DNA from: Mobilisporobacter sp.
GTDB lineage: Bacteria > Bacillota > Clostridia > Lachnospirales > Lachnospiraceae
Length of the DNA stretch: 64,000 nt
Assembly: GCA_031549965.1 (NCBI GenBank)
Contig: JAVBPB010000003.1
Location: 4,690-68,689, forward strand
Direction: 5' to 3'
The notes beneath the pieces are model-generated. The model was not told where the DNA came from. It saw only the letters and a list, made by a program, of their open reading frames with translations, and ran no database searches. Shown piece after piece: positions 18,351-28,910 of the stretch. How positions within the stretch are numbered: position 1 is the first letter of the stretch; each line of letters starts with the position of its first letter. The position numbers and the translations under genes are program-made.

Positions 18351-19559
18351 ATGGATAAAGTATATTCTGTAGCACAAATAAACGCATATATAAAAAATGT
18401 ATTTGCAAATGATTACGCACTAAATAATATAAATATTAAAGGTGAGATATCTAATTGTAAGTATCACACATCAGGTCACATTTATTTTACCCTTAAGGAT
18501 ACTAAGAGTGTGTTATCTTGCGTAATGTTTGCGAGTCAAAGCAGCACTCTGCCCTTTAAATTAAAAGAAGGTCTTTTAGTAATAGCTTCTGGAAGTGTAG
18601 GAGTATATGAAAGAGACGGAAAATATCAGCTTTATGTAAATAATATTAAGCAAGCTGGTCTTGGAAATCTATATGAGCAATTTGAAGAATTAAAAAATAA
18701 ACTTGAAAAAGAAGGCATTTTTAGTCAAAACAATAAAAAATCAATTCCCAAATATCCGAAGCAAGTTGGAATTGTAACTGCAAAAACAGGAGCAGTTATT
18801 AAGGATATAGTTAATGTATCCACCAGAAGGAATCCGTATGTGCAGTTGATATTGTATCCTGCCGTAGTACAGGGAGATGAGGCACCTGAAAGTATAATAG
18901 AAGGTATTAAAACATTGGATGCAATGAATCTGGATACAATAATAATTGGCAGAGGTGGAGGTTCAATTGAAGATTTATGGGCTTTTAATAATGAAAAGGT
19001 TGTAAGGGAAATCTTTAATTGTAAAACACCAATTATATCTGCTGTAGGGCATGAAACAGATATAACTTTGGCTGATTTTGTAAGTGATCTTAGGGCTCCT
19101 ACCCCTTCAGCGGCAGCAGAGCTTTGTATAAATGACATAAAGCAATTAGAGGAAGACTTAAAAATATATAATACCACATTGAATAAAATACTAAAAGGAT
19201 GTATAATAATATATAAAAAGGACTTGGAAAAATTAGCAATAAAGCTTAGTCACAATAGTCCTGAGTTTAAAATTAGGGAAAAAAAGCAATATATTATTGA
19301 TCTGGAAGAAAAAATAAATAATTTAATTAATAATAAGCTTAACAATAACAAATATACATTGGCGTTACTGATTGAAAAATTAAATGGTTTGTCTCCTCTT
19401 AATAAATTGCAAAAAGGTTACGCTCTCATTACAAACGATGATAATAAAATAATTAAAACAGAAAAAGATATTAATGTTTCAGATACAATAAAAATACATA
19501 TTATGGACGGAGAACTAACGGCAATTGTAAAAGATAAGAATAACAGGAGGCGATGCTAA
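18351..19559 (+). CDS. xseA: Exodeoxyribonuclease VII large subunit
   Basis: OB-fold N-terminus (...INIKGEISNCKYHTSGHIYFTLKD), GRGGGSIEDLWAFN, HETD. Confidence 0.92.
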   Translation: MDKVYSVAQINAYIKNVFANDYALNNINIKGEISNCKYHTSGHIYFTLKDTKSVLSCVMFASQSSTLPFKLKEGLLVIASGSVGVYERDGKYQLYVNNIKQAGLGNLYEQFEELKNKLEKEGIFSQNNKKSIPKYPKQVGIVTAKTGAVIKDIVNVSTRRNPYVQLILYPAVVQGDEAPESIIEGIKTLDAMNLDTIIIGRGGGSIEDLWAFNNEKVVREIFNCKTPIISAVGHETDITLADFVSDLRAPTPSAAAELCINDIKQLEEDLKIYNTTLNKILKGCIIIYKKDLEKLAIKLSHNSPEFKIREKKQYIIDLEEKINNLINNKLNNNKYTLALLIEKLNGLSPLNKLQKGYALITNDDNKIIKTEKDINVSDTIKIHIMDGELTAIVKDKNNRRRC

Positions 19560-19769
19560 GTGGCCAAATCACATAAATCTTTAGAAGATGCAATAGGTGA
19601 ATTAAAAACAGTTATAGAAAAATTAGAAACTGATGAAACCAGCTTAGATAACTCATTTAAATTATATAATGAGGGATTAAAGTTAATTAAATATTGTAAT
19701 GAATCCATAGATAAAGTTGAAAAAAAACTTATAATCATAAATGAAGCAGGTGCTAATAATGAATTTTGA
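19560..19769 (+). CDS. xseB: Exodeoxyribonuclease VII small subunit
   Basis: GTG start 9 nt after AGGAGG. 69 aa with ...LEDAIGELKTVIEKLE...LDNSFKLYNEGLKL.... Confidence 0.88.
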   Translation: MAKSHKSLEDAIGELKTVIEKLETDETSLDNSFKLYNEGLKLIKYCNESIDKVEKKLIIINEAGANNEF

Positions 19770-20646
19770 AAAAGAACATGCAATAAGAATAGAAGAAATA
19801 GAAGATATAATAAAAGGATATATGCCAAAAGAGGAAGGTTTTCAAAAAACCATATTTGAGGCAATGAATTATAATTTAAACTCCGGCGGTAAAAGACTAA
19901 GACCCAATTTAATGAGAGAAACCTATAGATTATTTATGGGGAAAGAAAAGGTTATAGAGCCGTTTATGGCCGCCATTGAATTAATTCATACCTATTCATT
20001 AGTACATGATGATTTGCCTGCAATAGATAATGATGATTATAGAAGAGGAAGAAAGACCACCCATATTATCTATGGAGAAGGAATGGCTGTCCTTACAGGA
20101 GATGCACTTCTAAATTATGGTTTTGAGATTGCTACAACTGCATTTGGAGGAACATATAAAGACGTAATTATTGCAAGAGCACTTAAGGTTTTAGCATCTA
20201 AAGCAGGAGTTTTTGGTATGATTGGCGGACAAGTTGTGGATGTAGAATCATCAGGAATAGGAATTGATAAATCAAAGCTAGATTTTATCTATCAATTAAA
20301 AACAAGTGCCTTAATTGAGGCGTCAATGATGATTGGTGCTATTTTAGGCGGAGCTGATTTATCACAGGTAGCTTTAATAGAAACAATTGCAAGGGACATA
20401 GGACTTGCATTTCAAATACAAGATGATATATTAGATGTAACTAGCAGTACTGAAGTTTTAGGAAAACAGGTTGGAAGTGACGAAAAGAATCAAAAAACAA
20501 CCTTTGTAACACTAGAAGGCATTGATAATGCAAAACAACAAGTTATAGAATTATCAAATAGAGCAGTTAACGCTTTAATGGTTATTTCAAAAGAAAATGA
20601 ATATTTAATAGAACTTATTACCAACTTAATAAATAGAGAAAAGTAA
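19759..20646 (+). CDS. ispA: Polyprenyl (farnesyl/geranylgeranyl) diphosphate synthase
   Basis: FARM LVHDDLPAIDNDDYRRG and SARM FQIQDDILD. Overlaps the xseB 3' end. Confidence 0.9.
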   Translation: MNFEKEHAIRIEEIEDIIKGYMPKEEGFQKTIFEAMNYNLNSGGKRLRPNLMRETYRLFMGKEKVIEPFMAAIELIHTYSLVHDDLPAIDNDDYRRGRKTTHIIYGEGMAVLTGDALLNYGFEIATTAFGGTYKDVIIARALKVLASKAGVFGMIGGQVVDVESSGIGIDKSKLDFIYQLKTSALIEASMMIGAILGGADLSQVALIETIARDIGLAFQIQDDILDVTSSTEVLGKQVGSDEKNQKTTFVTLEGIDNAKQQVIELSNRAVNALMVISKENEYLIELITNLINREK

Positions 20647-20658
20647 GAGGTATAAAAT

Positions 20659-22548
20659 TTGTTTGAAATATTAAATAAAATTAACAATCCAAATGATATA
20701 AAAGATATTGAGCCTAATCAGTATGATAAGCTTGCAAAAGAAATCAGAAGATTTTTAATTACGAAAGTAAGCCAGACAGGCGGGCATTTGGCTTCTAATT
20801 TAGGTGTTGTAGAATTAACTATGGCATTACATCTTTTTTTGAATTTCCCAGAGGATAAACTTATTTGGGATGTGGGTCATCAGTCCTATACACATAAGTT
20901 ACTTACCGGAAGGAAAAACTTGTTTGACAGCTTAAGAACTTTTGAAGGATTAAGCGGATTTCCAAAGACTAAAGAAAGCTCTTGCGATGCATTTGATACA
21001 GGACATAGCTCTACATCTGTTTCTTTAGCACTTGGATTTACAAAGGCAAGAGATCTACAACTAAAAAATAATAAAGTTGTGGCAGTAATTGGTGATGGTG
21101 CATTATCAGGTGGAATGGCATATGAAGCTTTAAATAATGCGGCACGTCTAAAATCTAATATGATAATAGTATTAAATGATAATGATATGTCAATTTCTAA
21201 AAATGTAGGCGGTATGTCTAATTATTTGGGAAATTTAAGAACCACAGAATCTTACATTGGCTTAAAATCAGGAATAGAAAGAATACTTTCTAATATACCT
21301 AATGTAGGTAATACTTTAGTAAAAAAAATTAGAAAGTCCAAAGATTCAATAAAGCATTTACTTATTCCAGGAATGTTGTTTGAGGATATGGGGATAACTT
21401 ATATAGGTCCTATTGATGGGCATAATATAACTCAAATGTTGGAAGCATTTCATAATGCAAAAAGAAAAAAAAGTGCTGTATTAATTCATGTTATTACAAA
21501 AAAAGGAAAAGGCTATGCTCTTGCCGAACAAAATCCATCTAAATTTCATGGAGTGAATCCTTTTGATATAAAAACAGGTTCTTCAATAAATATAAAAACA
21601 GGTACCACTTATACAGAAGTATTTTCAAATGAAATGGTTAATATAGCAAAGGAAAATAATAAAGTTGTAGCAATAACAGCCGCCATGTCATCAGGCACAG
21701 GCCTTGAAGAGTTTCAAAAATTATATCCCCATAGATTTTTTGATGTTGGAATAGCAGAAGAACATGGGGTAACTTTTGCAGCAGGTATGGCAGCCGATGG
21801 CATAAAGCCTGTGGTTGCAATATATTCCTCATTTTTGCAAAGAGCATATGATCAAATACTTCACGATGTTTGCATACAAAAATTATCGGTTTTATTTGCA
21901 ATAGACAGATCAGGTATAGTTGGAAGCGATGGGGAAACTCATCAGGGAACTTTTGATATATCATATTTATCAAATATACCTAATATGACGATTATTTCAC
22001 CTAAAAATGGAATAGAATTATCAGCTATGTTAAAATTTGGTATTGACTTTAATGGGCCTATTGCCATAAAATATCCAAGAGGAGAAGTTAATACAGAATT
22101 AGATGAATTTAATATGCCTATAGAGCCGTTTAAATGTGAAATGATATATGAGGAAAAGGATATATTATTAATTGCAGTTGGAGATATGGTAAATATAGCC
22201 AATACAGTAAGAGCCTTATTAAAAGAAGATGGTTTTAGAAATATTAGTCTTATGAATGTAAGATTTATCAAGCCATTTGATGAGGAAAAGCTAAAAGAAC
22301 TTTCAACAAGTCATAGTATATTTATAACTATTGAAGACAATGTTATCATTGGAAGTTTTGGTCAGATAATTTCTTCGTTTATATGTACAAATAAATTAAA
22401 TGTTGAATTACTTAATTTTTCAGTTCCCGATGAATATATTCAACATGGAGACGTGAATATACTTAGAGATAAAATAGGATTAAGCCCACAAAAAATATTT
22501 GATAGAATAGTGGCTGAATATGGAGGACACTTTGAAAGAGAGACTTGA
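20659..22548 (+). CDS. dxs: 1-deoxy-D-xylulose-5-phosphate synthase
   Basis: TTG start. GGHLASNLGVVELT, GDGALSGGMAYEALNNA (ThDP motif). 629 aa. Confidence 0.93.
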   Translation: MFEILNKINNPNDIKDIEPNQYDKLAKEIRRFLITKVSQTGGHLASNLGVVELTMALHLFLNFPEDKLIWDVGHQSYTHKLLTGRKNLFDSLRTFEGLSGFPKTKESSCDAFDTGHSSTSVSLALGFTKARDLQLKNNKVVAVIGDGALSGGMAYEALNNAARLKSNMIIVLNDNDMSISKNVGGMSNYLGNLRTTESYIGLKSGIERILSNIPNVGNTLVKKIRKSKDSIKHLLIPGMLFEDMGITYIGPIDGHNITQMLEAFHNAKRKKSAVLIHVITKKGKGYALAEQNPSKFHGVNPFDIKTGSSINIKTGTTYTEVFSNEMVNIAKENNKVVAITAAMSSGTGLEEFQKLYPHRFFDVGIAEEHGVTFAAGMAADGIKPVVAIYSSFLQRAYDQILHDVCIQKLSVLFAIDRSGIVGSDGETHQGTFDISYLSNIPNMTIISPKNGIELSAMLKFGIDFNGPIAIKYPRGEVNTELDEFNMPIEPFKCEMIYEEKDILLIAVGDMVNIANTVRALLKEDGFRNISLMNVRFIKPFDEEKLKELSTSHSIFITIEDNVIIGSFGQIISSFICTNKLNVELLNFSVPDEYIQHGDVNILRDKIGLSPQKIFDRIVAEYGGHFERET

Positions 22549-23326
22549 CGTTTTACTGGTAAAAAGGAATTTAGCTGAATCCAGAGAAAAAGCCAAAGCT
22601 ATAATAATGTCTGGTGTTGTCTTTGTAAAAGGAGAAAGAGAAGATAAGTCTGGCAGTACATTTGAAGAAAATGTTATTATTGAAATAAAGGGGAATACAC
22701 AAAAATATGTAAGCCGTGGTGGTTTAAAGCTTGAAAAAGCCATAAATAATTTTAATATAGAATTAATTGATAAAATATGTATGGACATAGGAGCATCTAC
22801 AGGTGGTTTTACAGATTGTATGTTACAAAATGGAGCGAAAAAAGTTTATTCTGTAGATGTAGGTCATGGACAACTTGCATGGTCGTTAAGAAATAATGAA
22901 AAAGTAATATGTATGGAAAAAACTAATATTAGGTATATTTTACCAGAACATATTGAAGATATTATTGACTTTGCTTCAATTGATGTTTCTTTTATTTCTC
23001 TAACCAAAGTACTCCTTCCAATTAAAGCTTTACTAAGTAAAGATGCAATGATTGTTTGTCTTATAAAACCCCAATTTGAAGCCGGAAGAGAAAAGGTTGG
23101 AAAAAAGGGAGTGGTAAGGGATCCATTAGTGCATATTGAAGTAATTGAGAAAATAGTCGGATTTTCAAATGAGAATGGATTTGGTATAATAAATCTAGAT
23201 TTTTCTCCAATAAAAGGACCAGAAGGAAACATTGAATATCTATTAAACCTAAGTAATAATAAGGATTCTGAGAATAAATGTAAAAAAATAAAAGAAATAG
23301 TTGAAAGTGCACACAAAACAGTGTAA
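22520..23326 (+). CDS. tlyA: TlyA-family rRNA 2'-O-methyltransferase (hemolysin A-like, YqxC)
   Basis: S4 domain (RLDVLLVKRNLAESREKAKAII), FtsJ-like MTase (DIGASTGGFTD). Overlaps the dxs end by 29 nt. Confidence 0.88.
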   Translation: MEDTLKERLDVLLVKRNLAESREKAKAIIMSGVVFVKGEREDKSGSTFEENVIIEIKGNTQKYVSRGGLKLEKAINNFNIELIDKICMDIGASTGGFTDCMLQNGAKKVYSVDVGHGQLAWSLRNNEKVICMEKTNIRYILPEHIEDIIDFASIDVSFISLTKVLLPIKALLSKDAMIVCLIKPQFEAGREKVGKKGVVRDPLVHIEVIEKIVGFSNENGFGIINLDFSPIKGPEGNIEYLLNLSNNKDSENKCKKIKEIVESAHKTV

Positions 23327-23405
23327 TATATATTATATTGGTTTATGATAATTAAATACTTGATATTGATATTTAAACCAATTTATGGTGTGATTAGGTG
23401 AGACA

Positions 23406-24278
23406 ATGGACAAGTACTGTATTATTGCTAATAGTAACAAGGATGAGAACTTTGAGTTAACACAAATAATCAAAGACTATCTTGAAGAGCATAATAAGAT
23501 ATGTATTATCCCTAAAAGATGCGAGGATGTAAATAAAAAAGATTTTGGGTATGCTGATATTGATTCAATTCCAGATGAAGTTGAGTGTGCAATTGTTCTT
23601 GGAGGTGATGGTACAATAATACAGGCAGCCAGTAAATTGGCAACTAAGGATATTCCCATATTTGGAGTTAACTTAGGAACATTAGGATTCTTGGCAGAAA
23701 TAGAGAAGCATGATATAATAAAGTCACTGGATTGCTTAATGGAGGATAACTTATGGATTGAAAGGAGAATGATGCTTTCGGGGGTTGTAGAACATGAGGG
23801 AAAGAAAAGTTTTAAGGGACGTGCTTTAAATGATGTGGTTATTACAAGAAGTGGATTTTCAAGAATTATTAAAGTAATGATTTACATTAATGGAGAATTG
23901 GTTGATACATATAGAGGTGATGGAGTAATTATATCTACACCTACAGGTTCAACGGCTTACAATTTATCTGCAGGAGGTCCAATAGCAACACCAAGCTCAA
24001 ACACCATGATAATAACGCCAGTTTGTCCACATACACTTATATCAAGAAGTATAATTGTATCTGCTACAGATAAGATCGTTGTAGAAATTGGACTTAGCAA
24101 AAAAACGCAGAAGGAGGAGGCTATAGCGACCTTTGATGGAAACATAGGATTAGATCTAGAGACTGGAGACAGAATCGAGATATGCAAGACAAAAGAAGAA
24201 ACAAAATTAATAAAGATAAATAACATAAGCTTTTTCGAAATACTAAGAAATAAAATAGGATCAGACAAAGGGGAATGA
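23406..24278 (+). CDS. nadK: NAD+ kinase
   Basis: GGDGT motif (VLGGDGTIIQAA), NLGTLGFL, TPTGSTAYNLSAGGPI. Confidence 0.92.
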   Translation: MDKYCIIANSNKDENFELTQIIKDYLEEHNKICIIPKRCEDVNKKDFGYADIDSIPDEVECAIVLGGDGTIIQAASKLATKDIPIFGVNLGTLGFLAEIEKHDIIKSLDCLMEDNLWIERRMMLSGVVEHEGKKSFKGRALNDVVITRSGFSRIIKVMIYINGELVDTYRGDGVIISTPTGSTAYNLSAGGPIATPSSNTMIITPVCPHTLISRSIIVSATDKIVVEIGLSKKTQKEEAIATFDGNIGLDLETGDRIEICKTKEETKLIKINNISFFEILRNKIGSDKGE

Positions 24279-24772
24279 GAATGAAAATTGAGAGACAATC
24301 AAAAATAATCGAAATTGTTAGTAAAAACAATATTGAAACTCAGGATGAGATATCAGAATTACTTACTCAGGCAGGGTTCAATGTAACTCAAGCAACTATA
24401 TCAAGAGATATAAGAGAACTTAAACTTACGAAAGTCACTGTAGATGGAGGTAAACAAAAATACGCAGTACTTAAAAATCAAGAAGTTGGTTTAGGTGACA
24501 GATATGTTCGCATACTTAAGAATGCTTTTGTTTCTATGGATATAGCACAAAACATTTTAGTAATTAAAACTGTATCAGGAATGGCAATGGCAGTGGCAAC
24601 AGCCCTAGATGCTATGCATATAAGCGGAATTGTTGGATGTATAGCTGGAGATGATACAATTATGTGTGCAGTTCGCACTCAGGAAGATACTATAGATGTT
24701 ATGGACAAACTTAAAAAAATGTTAAATTCTAAACTTGGAGAAAATAACGACTACGAAGAATACGAGGAATAA
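24275..24772 (+). CDS. argR: Arginine repressor
   Basis: Winged-helix ...QATISRDIRELKLTK..., C-terminal GCIAGDDTI. ATGA overlap with the nadK stop. Confidence 0.9.
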   Translation: MRMKIERQSKIIEIVSKNNIETQDEISELLTQAGFNVTQATISRDIRELKLTKVTVDGGKQKYAVLKNQEVGLGDRYVRILKNAFVSMDIAQNILVIKTVSGMAMAVATALDAMHISGIVGCIAGDDTIMCAVRTQEDTIDVMDKLKKMLNSKLGENNDYEEYEE

Positions 24773-24796
24773 TTAAATATGGGTTATATATTAATG

Positions 24797-24826
24797 CATC
24801 GGTCAATATTAGTGACCGATGTTTTA
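24797..24826 (+). terminator. Rho-independent terminator after argR
   Basis: CATCGGTCA / TGACCGATG stem followed by TTTTATT. Confidence 0.7.
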
Positions 24827-24993
24827 TTCTTATAGGAAAAAATATCCTATAAGATTAAATACATAAAAAGGTTACATAACTTTATTAATAAAATTGAAAA
24901 AAAACTAAGGTTTTGTAAAAACTTAGACGATATATATTTCAAAGCTATCTATACAATGTGACTACTAGTTTGATTATTGAGGAGGCAATTAAA

Positions 24994-27900
24994 ATGAAGA
25001 AACTAAGAAAAATATTAGCAATACTAATGTGTATTACGCTAATAGCACCCCTGTTACCCAGTGATTTAGGGAAAGTATTTGCGGCTGAAATAACTGGTCT
25101 CAGGCTCTATGACAGAGAACTTACCGCCCCAACAGCGAATATTACAGTAGATCCTATGCCTGGTGAAGATTTAACAGGTTATACTTTTACATGGAATGTT
25201 CCTTCAGAAGATCAGGGAGTAATAACATGTTCTGGTTCAACAAGTCAGACTGTTACAGTTACCAGAATGGGTACAGGAAGAGCGACTCTTAATGTAACTG
25301 CAACAAACGGTGTAACCACACAGACAACAAGTATGATTATTACCGTTCCGGCTGTATTTGATGCAATTTCAACAACACCTACAGATAAAGATAGCAATGG
25401 CAGGCCAACTGCAATCTATTTATATACGCCAGAAGATCCAGAATATTTAGCAGATCCAGTACAAAAAGCAAAGGAAATTACACTTAACTTAACATATGGG
25501 CTTAGTGATCAGGTAAAATTTAGTTCAACAAATGAGAATGTTGTAACAATAGATGAGACAGGGCTTATTAAGGCAGTTGGTGCAGGTAATGCCAAGATAG
25601 ATGTGTCTTATGGTAATGATACAACAGGTAAGACATCAAGAAGTGTAAATATAGTTGTTGCAGCTAAAGTTATATTTAACTCAACTTTAAGAAAAGAATT
25701 TAAGATTCCAACAGTTTCCCCGGATCCACAATTTCACTTAAAACAATTTGAAGAATATACTATAGTAACTAATACAAAGCCAGAATCATCAGAAGGCAAC
25801 AAAAATCTATTATGGTCGTCTTCACGTACGAAAGTTGCAACAGTAGTAGATGGTAAGTTATCAGTACATAGTGCAGGTGAAACAGAAATTACGATTAAAC
25901 CAAAAGATGGTATAAACTCAATTTATAATGCAAAAATCTCTCTTGTTGTTGATTTTGCTTTAAGCAAGGAATCAGTAATAATGAATAAGGGAGATAAATT
26001 TAATATAGGTACCAATGCAGTTTCAGATGGTATTCAATATTCCTCTTCAAATCCAAGTGTTGTTTCAGTTAACGAAATAACCGGTCTAGTTACTGCTAAT
26101 TCGTCTGGTACAGCAGATATAAAGGTTACATTAACAGATTCAGGACTTTTTGGTGAAAAAGATCAGGCAAGCAGTACAAAAATTTTATATTGTCATGTTA
26201 CAGTAGTAGATGGTATAGGACTTGATCGTACTCAAGTAAGTATAAATAAAGACACTTCATTAAAGTTAGTAGCAATTGCAACAAGCTCAAATGAAATAAA
26301 ATGGACATCAAGTAATAACAGTATTGTAACAGTTGACAGTGATGGTACTATTAAAGGGGTAAAAAGCGGTGTCACTACAGTAACAGCTACACAAGTTGTT
26401 AATGGCATAACCAAAAGTGCTTCATGTGAAGTTACAGTATTAGTTCCAGTTGGAAAGGTAATTCTTAATAAAACATCTGCTGAGATTAAAAACATACAAG
26501 GTGAAGTTGTTTCAGTAGCAGTAGAAAAATTTGAGCCAGATGACGTAAGCCAGATATATAAAGTAATAAATTGGGAATCATCAAGACCAGATTTACTAAA
26601 AATCAAAGAAATATCGGGAACAACTCAATATGCAGAATATGAAGTAACAGGAAAAGGTTCCGGTTATGTTGTACTTTCTGCGGTAACCACCAATAACGTT
26701 GTAATTGCATCTTGTACAGTACTAATAAAAGAGCCTGTAAAAAGTATTACTATACCTGCGGCTTATCAAGACTTAGTTATGAATTTTAATGATAAAAAGA
26801 TTCAACTATTAGCAGAAATATTACCAGTTAATGCTACAGATAAAACAATAAAGTGGAAATCCGGTGATGAAAGGAAAGCTACAGTTGATGAAACAACTGG
26901 TATGGTGAATTTTGTAAGTACTGGCGAAGTAATGATAATGGCTTATTCTGTTGAAAATAAAGAAATATTTAGTGCTACAACAATAACAATTCAGCTTCCG
27001 GTAAAATCAATTGAACTAGATGTTTCAGAATTTTCAGTAGCAAAAAATGGAAAATATAGGCTTACAAGTCTTATACTTCCTAATAATGCAAGTAACAAAA
27101 AAGTAACATGGATTTCATCAGATCCAAAAATTGCATCTGTTGATCAGGAAGGTTTGGTAACGGGTGTAAGTTCAGGTAAATGTATGATAACAGTAAGAAC
27201 TGAAGATGGTGGTCATATAGCAACAGCAACCTGTTCAGTAGTTCAAGAAGTAGAAGGAATTACCCTTGATGTAAAAGAATTAGAGATTAGTAAAGGAGAT
27301 TACTATTTCCTACAAGCAACAGTGCTACCTCTTAACTCTACAGATAAAAACATTCAATGGACCTCAAGTAATCCAAGCATTGCAACTGTAAACAGCTCAG
27401 GTAAAGTAGTAGCTTTAAAAGTTGGAACTACAGTTATTACAGCTAGATCATCAAAGGGTTCTATGTCACAATGTACTGTATATGTAAAACAGCCGGTTAC
27501 TTTAGTTAAAATGAATGTTACAACCAAAGAAATAACTGTTGGGAACTCATTTAAACTATCACCGACAGTGTATCCAAGTGATGCATCAACCAAAACCCTT
27601 GCATGGACATCAAGTGACACTAGTGTCGCAACGGTAGATAAAAATGGAAAGATAAAAGCCTTAAAAGGTGGTAAAACAATAGTATCTGCTAAAGCATCAA
27701 GTGGTGCATGGGATTTATGTACAATTACCGTAATAGAAAAAGTTGCAAGTATTAAATTAAATCATACTTCAGGAATTTTATATTATGGATATACATTTAA
27801 GTTAACAGCTAAAATTACTAACTCAACAGCTTCAAATAAAGGAGTAACATGGTCATCAAGTAATAAAAAGATCGCAACTGTTGATAGTAAGGGTAATGTA

Positions 27901-28716
27901 ATTGCTGTGGGAACAGGAAAGGTTACTATAACCTGTACAGCTAAAGATGGAAGTGGTAAAAAAGCTACATGCAAATTACAGGTAGTATCTCCTGTTACCA
28001 GCGTAAAACTTAACCGAAAAAGTTTCTCAATTATTGAAGGAAAAACAACCAAGCTTACCTCTTCGGTATTCCCTTCAACTGCAAGTATAAAGAAACTAAA
28101 CTGGTCATCAGATGATGAAAGTATTGTAAAAGTTTCCTCAAATGGAACTGTTTCGGCAATTTCACCAGGTGTTGCCACAATAACAATAACATCTACAGAC
28201 GGAACCAATAAAAAAGCCACATGTCTAGTTACAGTAAAAAAATCAATACCGACTACAAGTATAAATGTTTTAACAAATGCAAAAGGTGCTACATTACTAG
28301 TTGGAGAAACAACTACAATTCAAGTTAAAGTTTCACCAACCAACGCTAATGATAAAATTAAATTTACTTCAAATAACAAGGCAGTAGCAACAGTAGATCA
28401 AACAACTGGAAAAGTAGTTGCAAAATCTCCTGGAACAGCAATTATTGATATAACATCAGATAACGGAGTTACCTCATCATGTACAGTATCAGTTATTGGA
28501 TTTGAAAGAACAAGTTTAACATTAGAACAGTATTCTTCCCACACCCTTGTTGTTTTTGGTGCCAGTGAAGGTATAACTTGGGACATTCAAAATCCTGAAA
28601 TAGCTGTTGTAAAAAATGGAAAAGTTGATGCTAAAAAGATTGGTACAACTTATGTAATTGCATCTTTAAACGGCAAGAAAATATATTGTAAGTTAACAGT
28701 AACCAAAATAAGTTAA
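24994..28716 (+). CDS. Secreted protein built of about a dozen bacterial Ig-like group 2 (Big_2) domains
   Basis: ATG at 24994 follows GAGGAGG. Signal peptide MKKLRKILAILMCITLIAPLL...VFAAE. Reiterated Big_2 signature about every 85 aa (...W(S/T)SSNxxIATVDxxGxVxAxxxGxxxITA...). No LPXTG, SLH or choline-binding tail seen. Confidence 0.8.
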   Translation: MKKLRKILAILMCITLIAPLLPSDLGKVFAAEITGLRLYDRELTAPTANITVDPMPGEDLTGYTFTWNVPSEDQGVITCSGSTSQTVTVTRMGTGRATLNVTATNGVTTQTTSMIITVPAVFDAISTTPTDKDSNGRPTAIYLYTPEDPEYLADPVQKAKEITLNLTYGLSDQVKFSSTNENVVTIDETGLIKAVGAGNAKIDVSYGNDTTGKTSRSVNIVVAAKVIFNSTLRKEFKIPTVSPDPQFHLKQFEEYTIVTNTKPESSEGNKNLLWSSSRTKVATVVDGKLSVHSAGETEITIKPKDGINSIYNAKISLVVDFALSKESVIMNKGDKFNIGTNAVSDGIQYSSSNPSVVSVNEITGLVTANSSGTADIKVTLTDSGLFGEKDQASSTKILYCHVTVVDGIGLDRTQVSINKDTSLKLVAIATSSNEIKWTSSNNSIVTVDSDGTIKGVKSGVTTVTATQVVNGITKSASCEVTVLVPVGKVILNKTSAEIKNIQGEVVSVAVEKFEPDDVSQIYKVINWESSRPDLLKIKEISGTTQYAEYEVTGKGSGYVVLSAVTTNNVVIASCTVLIKEPVKSITIPAAYQDLVMNFNDKKIQLLAEILPVNATDKTIKWKSGDERKATVDETTGMVNFVSTGEVMIMAYSVENKEIFSATTITIQLPVKSIELDVSEFSVAKNGKYRLTSLILPNNASNKKVTWISSDPKIASVDQEGLVTGVSSGKCMITVRTEDGGHIATATCSVVQEVEGITLDVKELEISKGDYYFLQATVLPLNSTDKNIQWTSSNPSIATVNSSGKVVALKVGTTVITARSSKGSMSQCTVYVKQPVTLVKMNVTTKEITVGNSFKLSPTVYPSDASTKTLAWTSSDTSVATVDKNGKIKALKGGKTIVSAKASSGAWDLCTITVIEKVASIKLNHTSGILYYGYTFKLTAKITNSTASNKGVTWSSSNKKIATVDSKGNVIAVGTGKVTITCTAKDGSGKKATCKLQVVSPVTSVKLNRKSFSIIEGKTTKLTSSVFPSTASIKKLNWSSDDESIVKVSSNGTVSAISPGVATITITSTDGTNKKATCLVTVKKSIPTTSINVLTNAKGATLLVGETTTIQVKVSPTNANDKIKFTSNNKAVATVDQTTGKVVAKSPGTAIIDITSDNGVTSSCTVSVIGFERTSLTLEQYSSHTLVVFGASEGITWDIQNPEIAVVKNGKVDAKKIGTTYVIASLNGKKIYCKLTVTKIS

Positions 28717-28781
28717 TTCATAAGTTTTAAGATTTCTAAAGTACTGAACAAGTCGTTTATTACAGTAAATTAATTTCTTAA

Positions 28782-28823
28782 AAGATGGTTGTATAATTAG
28801 AAGACTAATTATACAACCATCTT
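28782..28823 (+). terminator. Long perfect hairpin after the Big_2 gene
   Basis: 19-bp stem AAGATGGTTGTATAATTAG / CTAATTATACAACCATCTT. The trailing T-run is weak. Confidence 0.55.
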
Positions 28824-28910
28824 CATATAAAATTCAATATCTATATCAATGGCTTTTCAATACCCTGAATTCTTTGCATTTCTTTAGAAAAATAAAATAG
28901 AGGTGAGTAA

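Noticed and set aside
22520-22548. 29-nt dxs/tlyA overlap as a possible frameshift or fusion.
   Set aside because: Both proteins have complete, family-typical termini. Short overlaps are common in this operon, as at xseA/xseB, xseB/ispA and nadK/argR.
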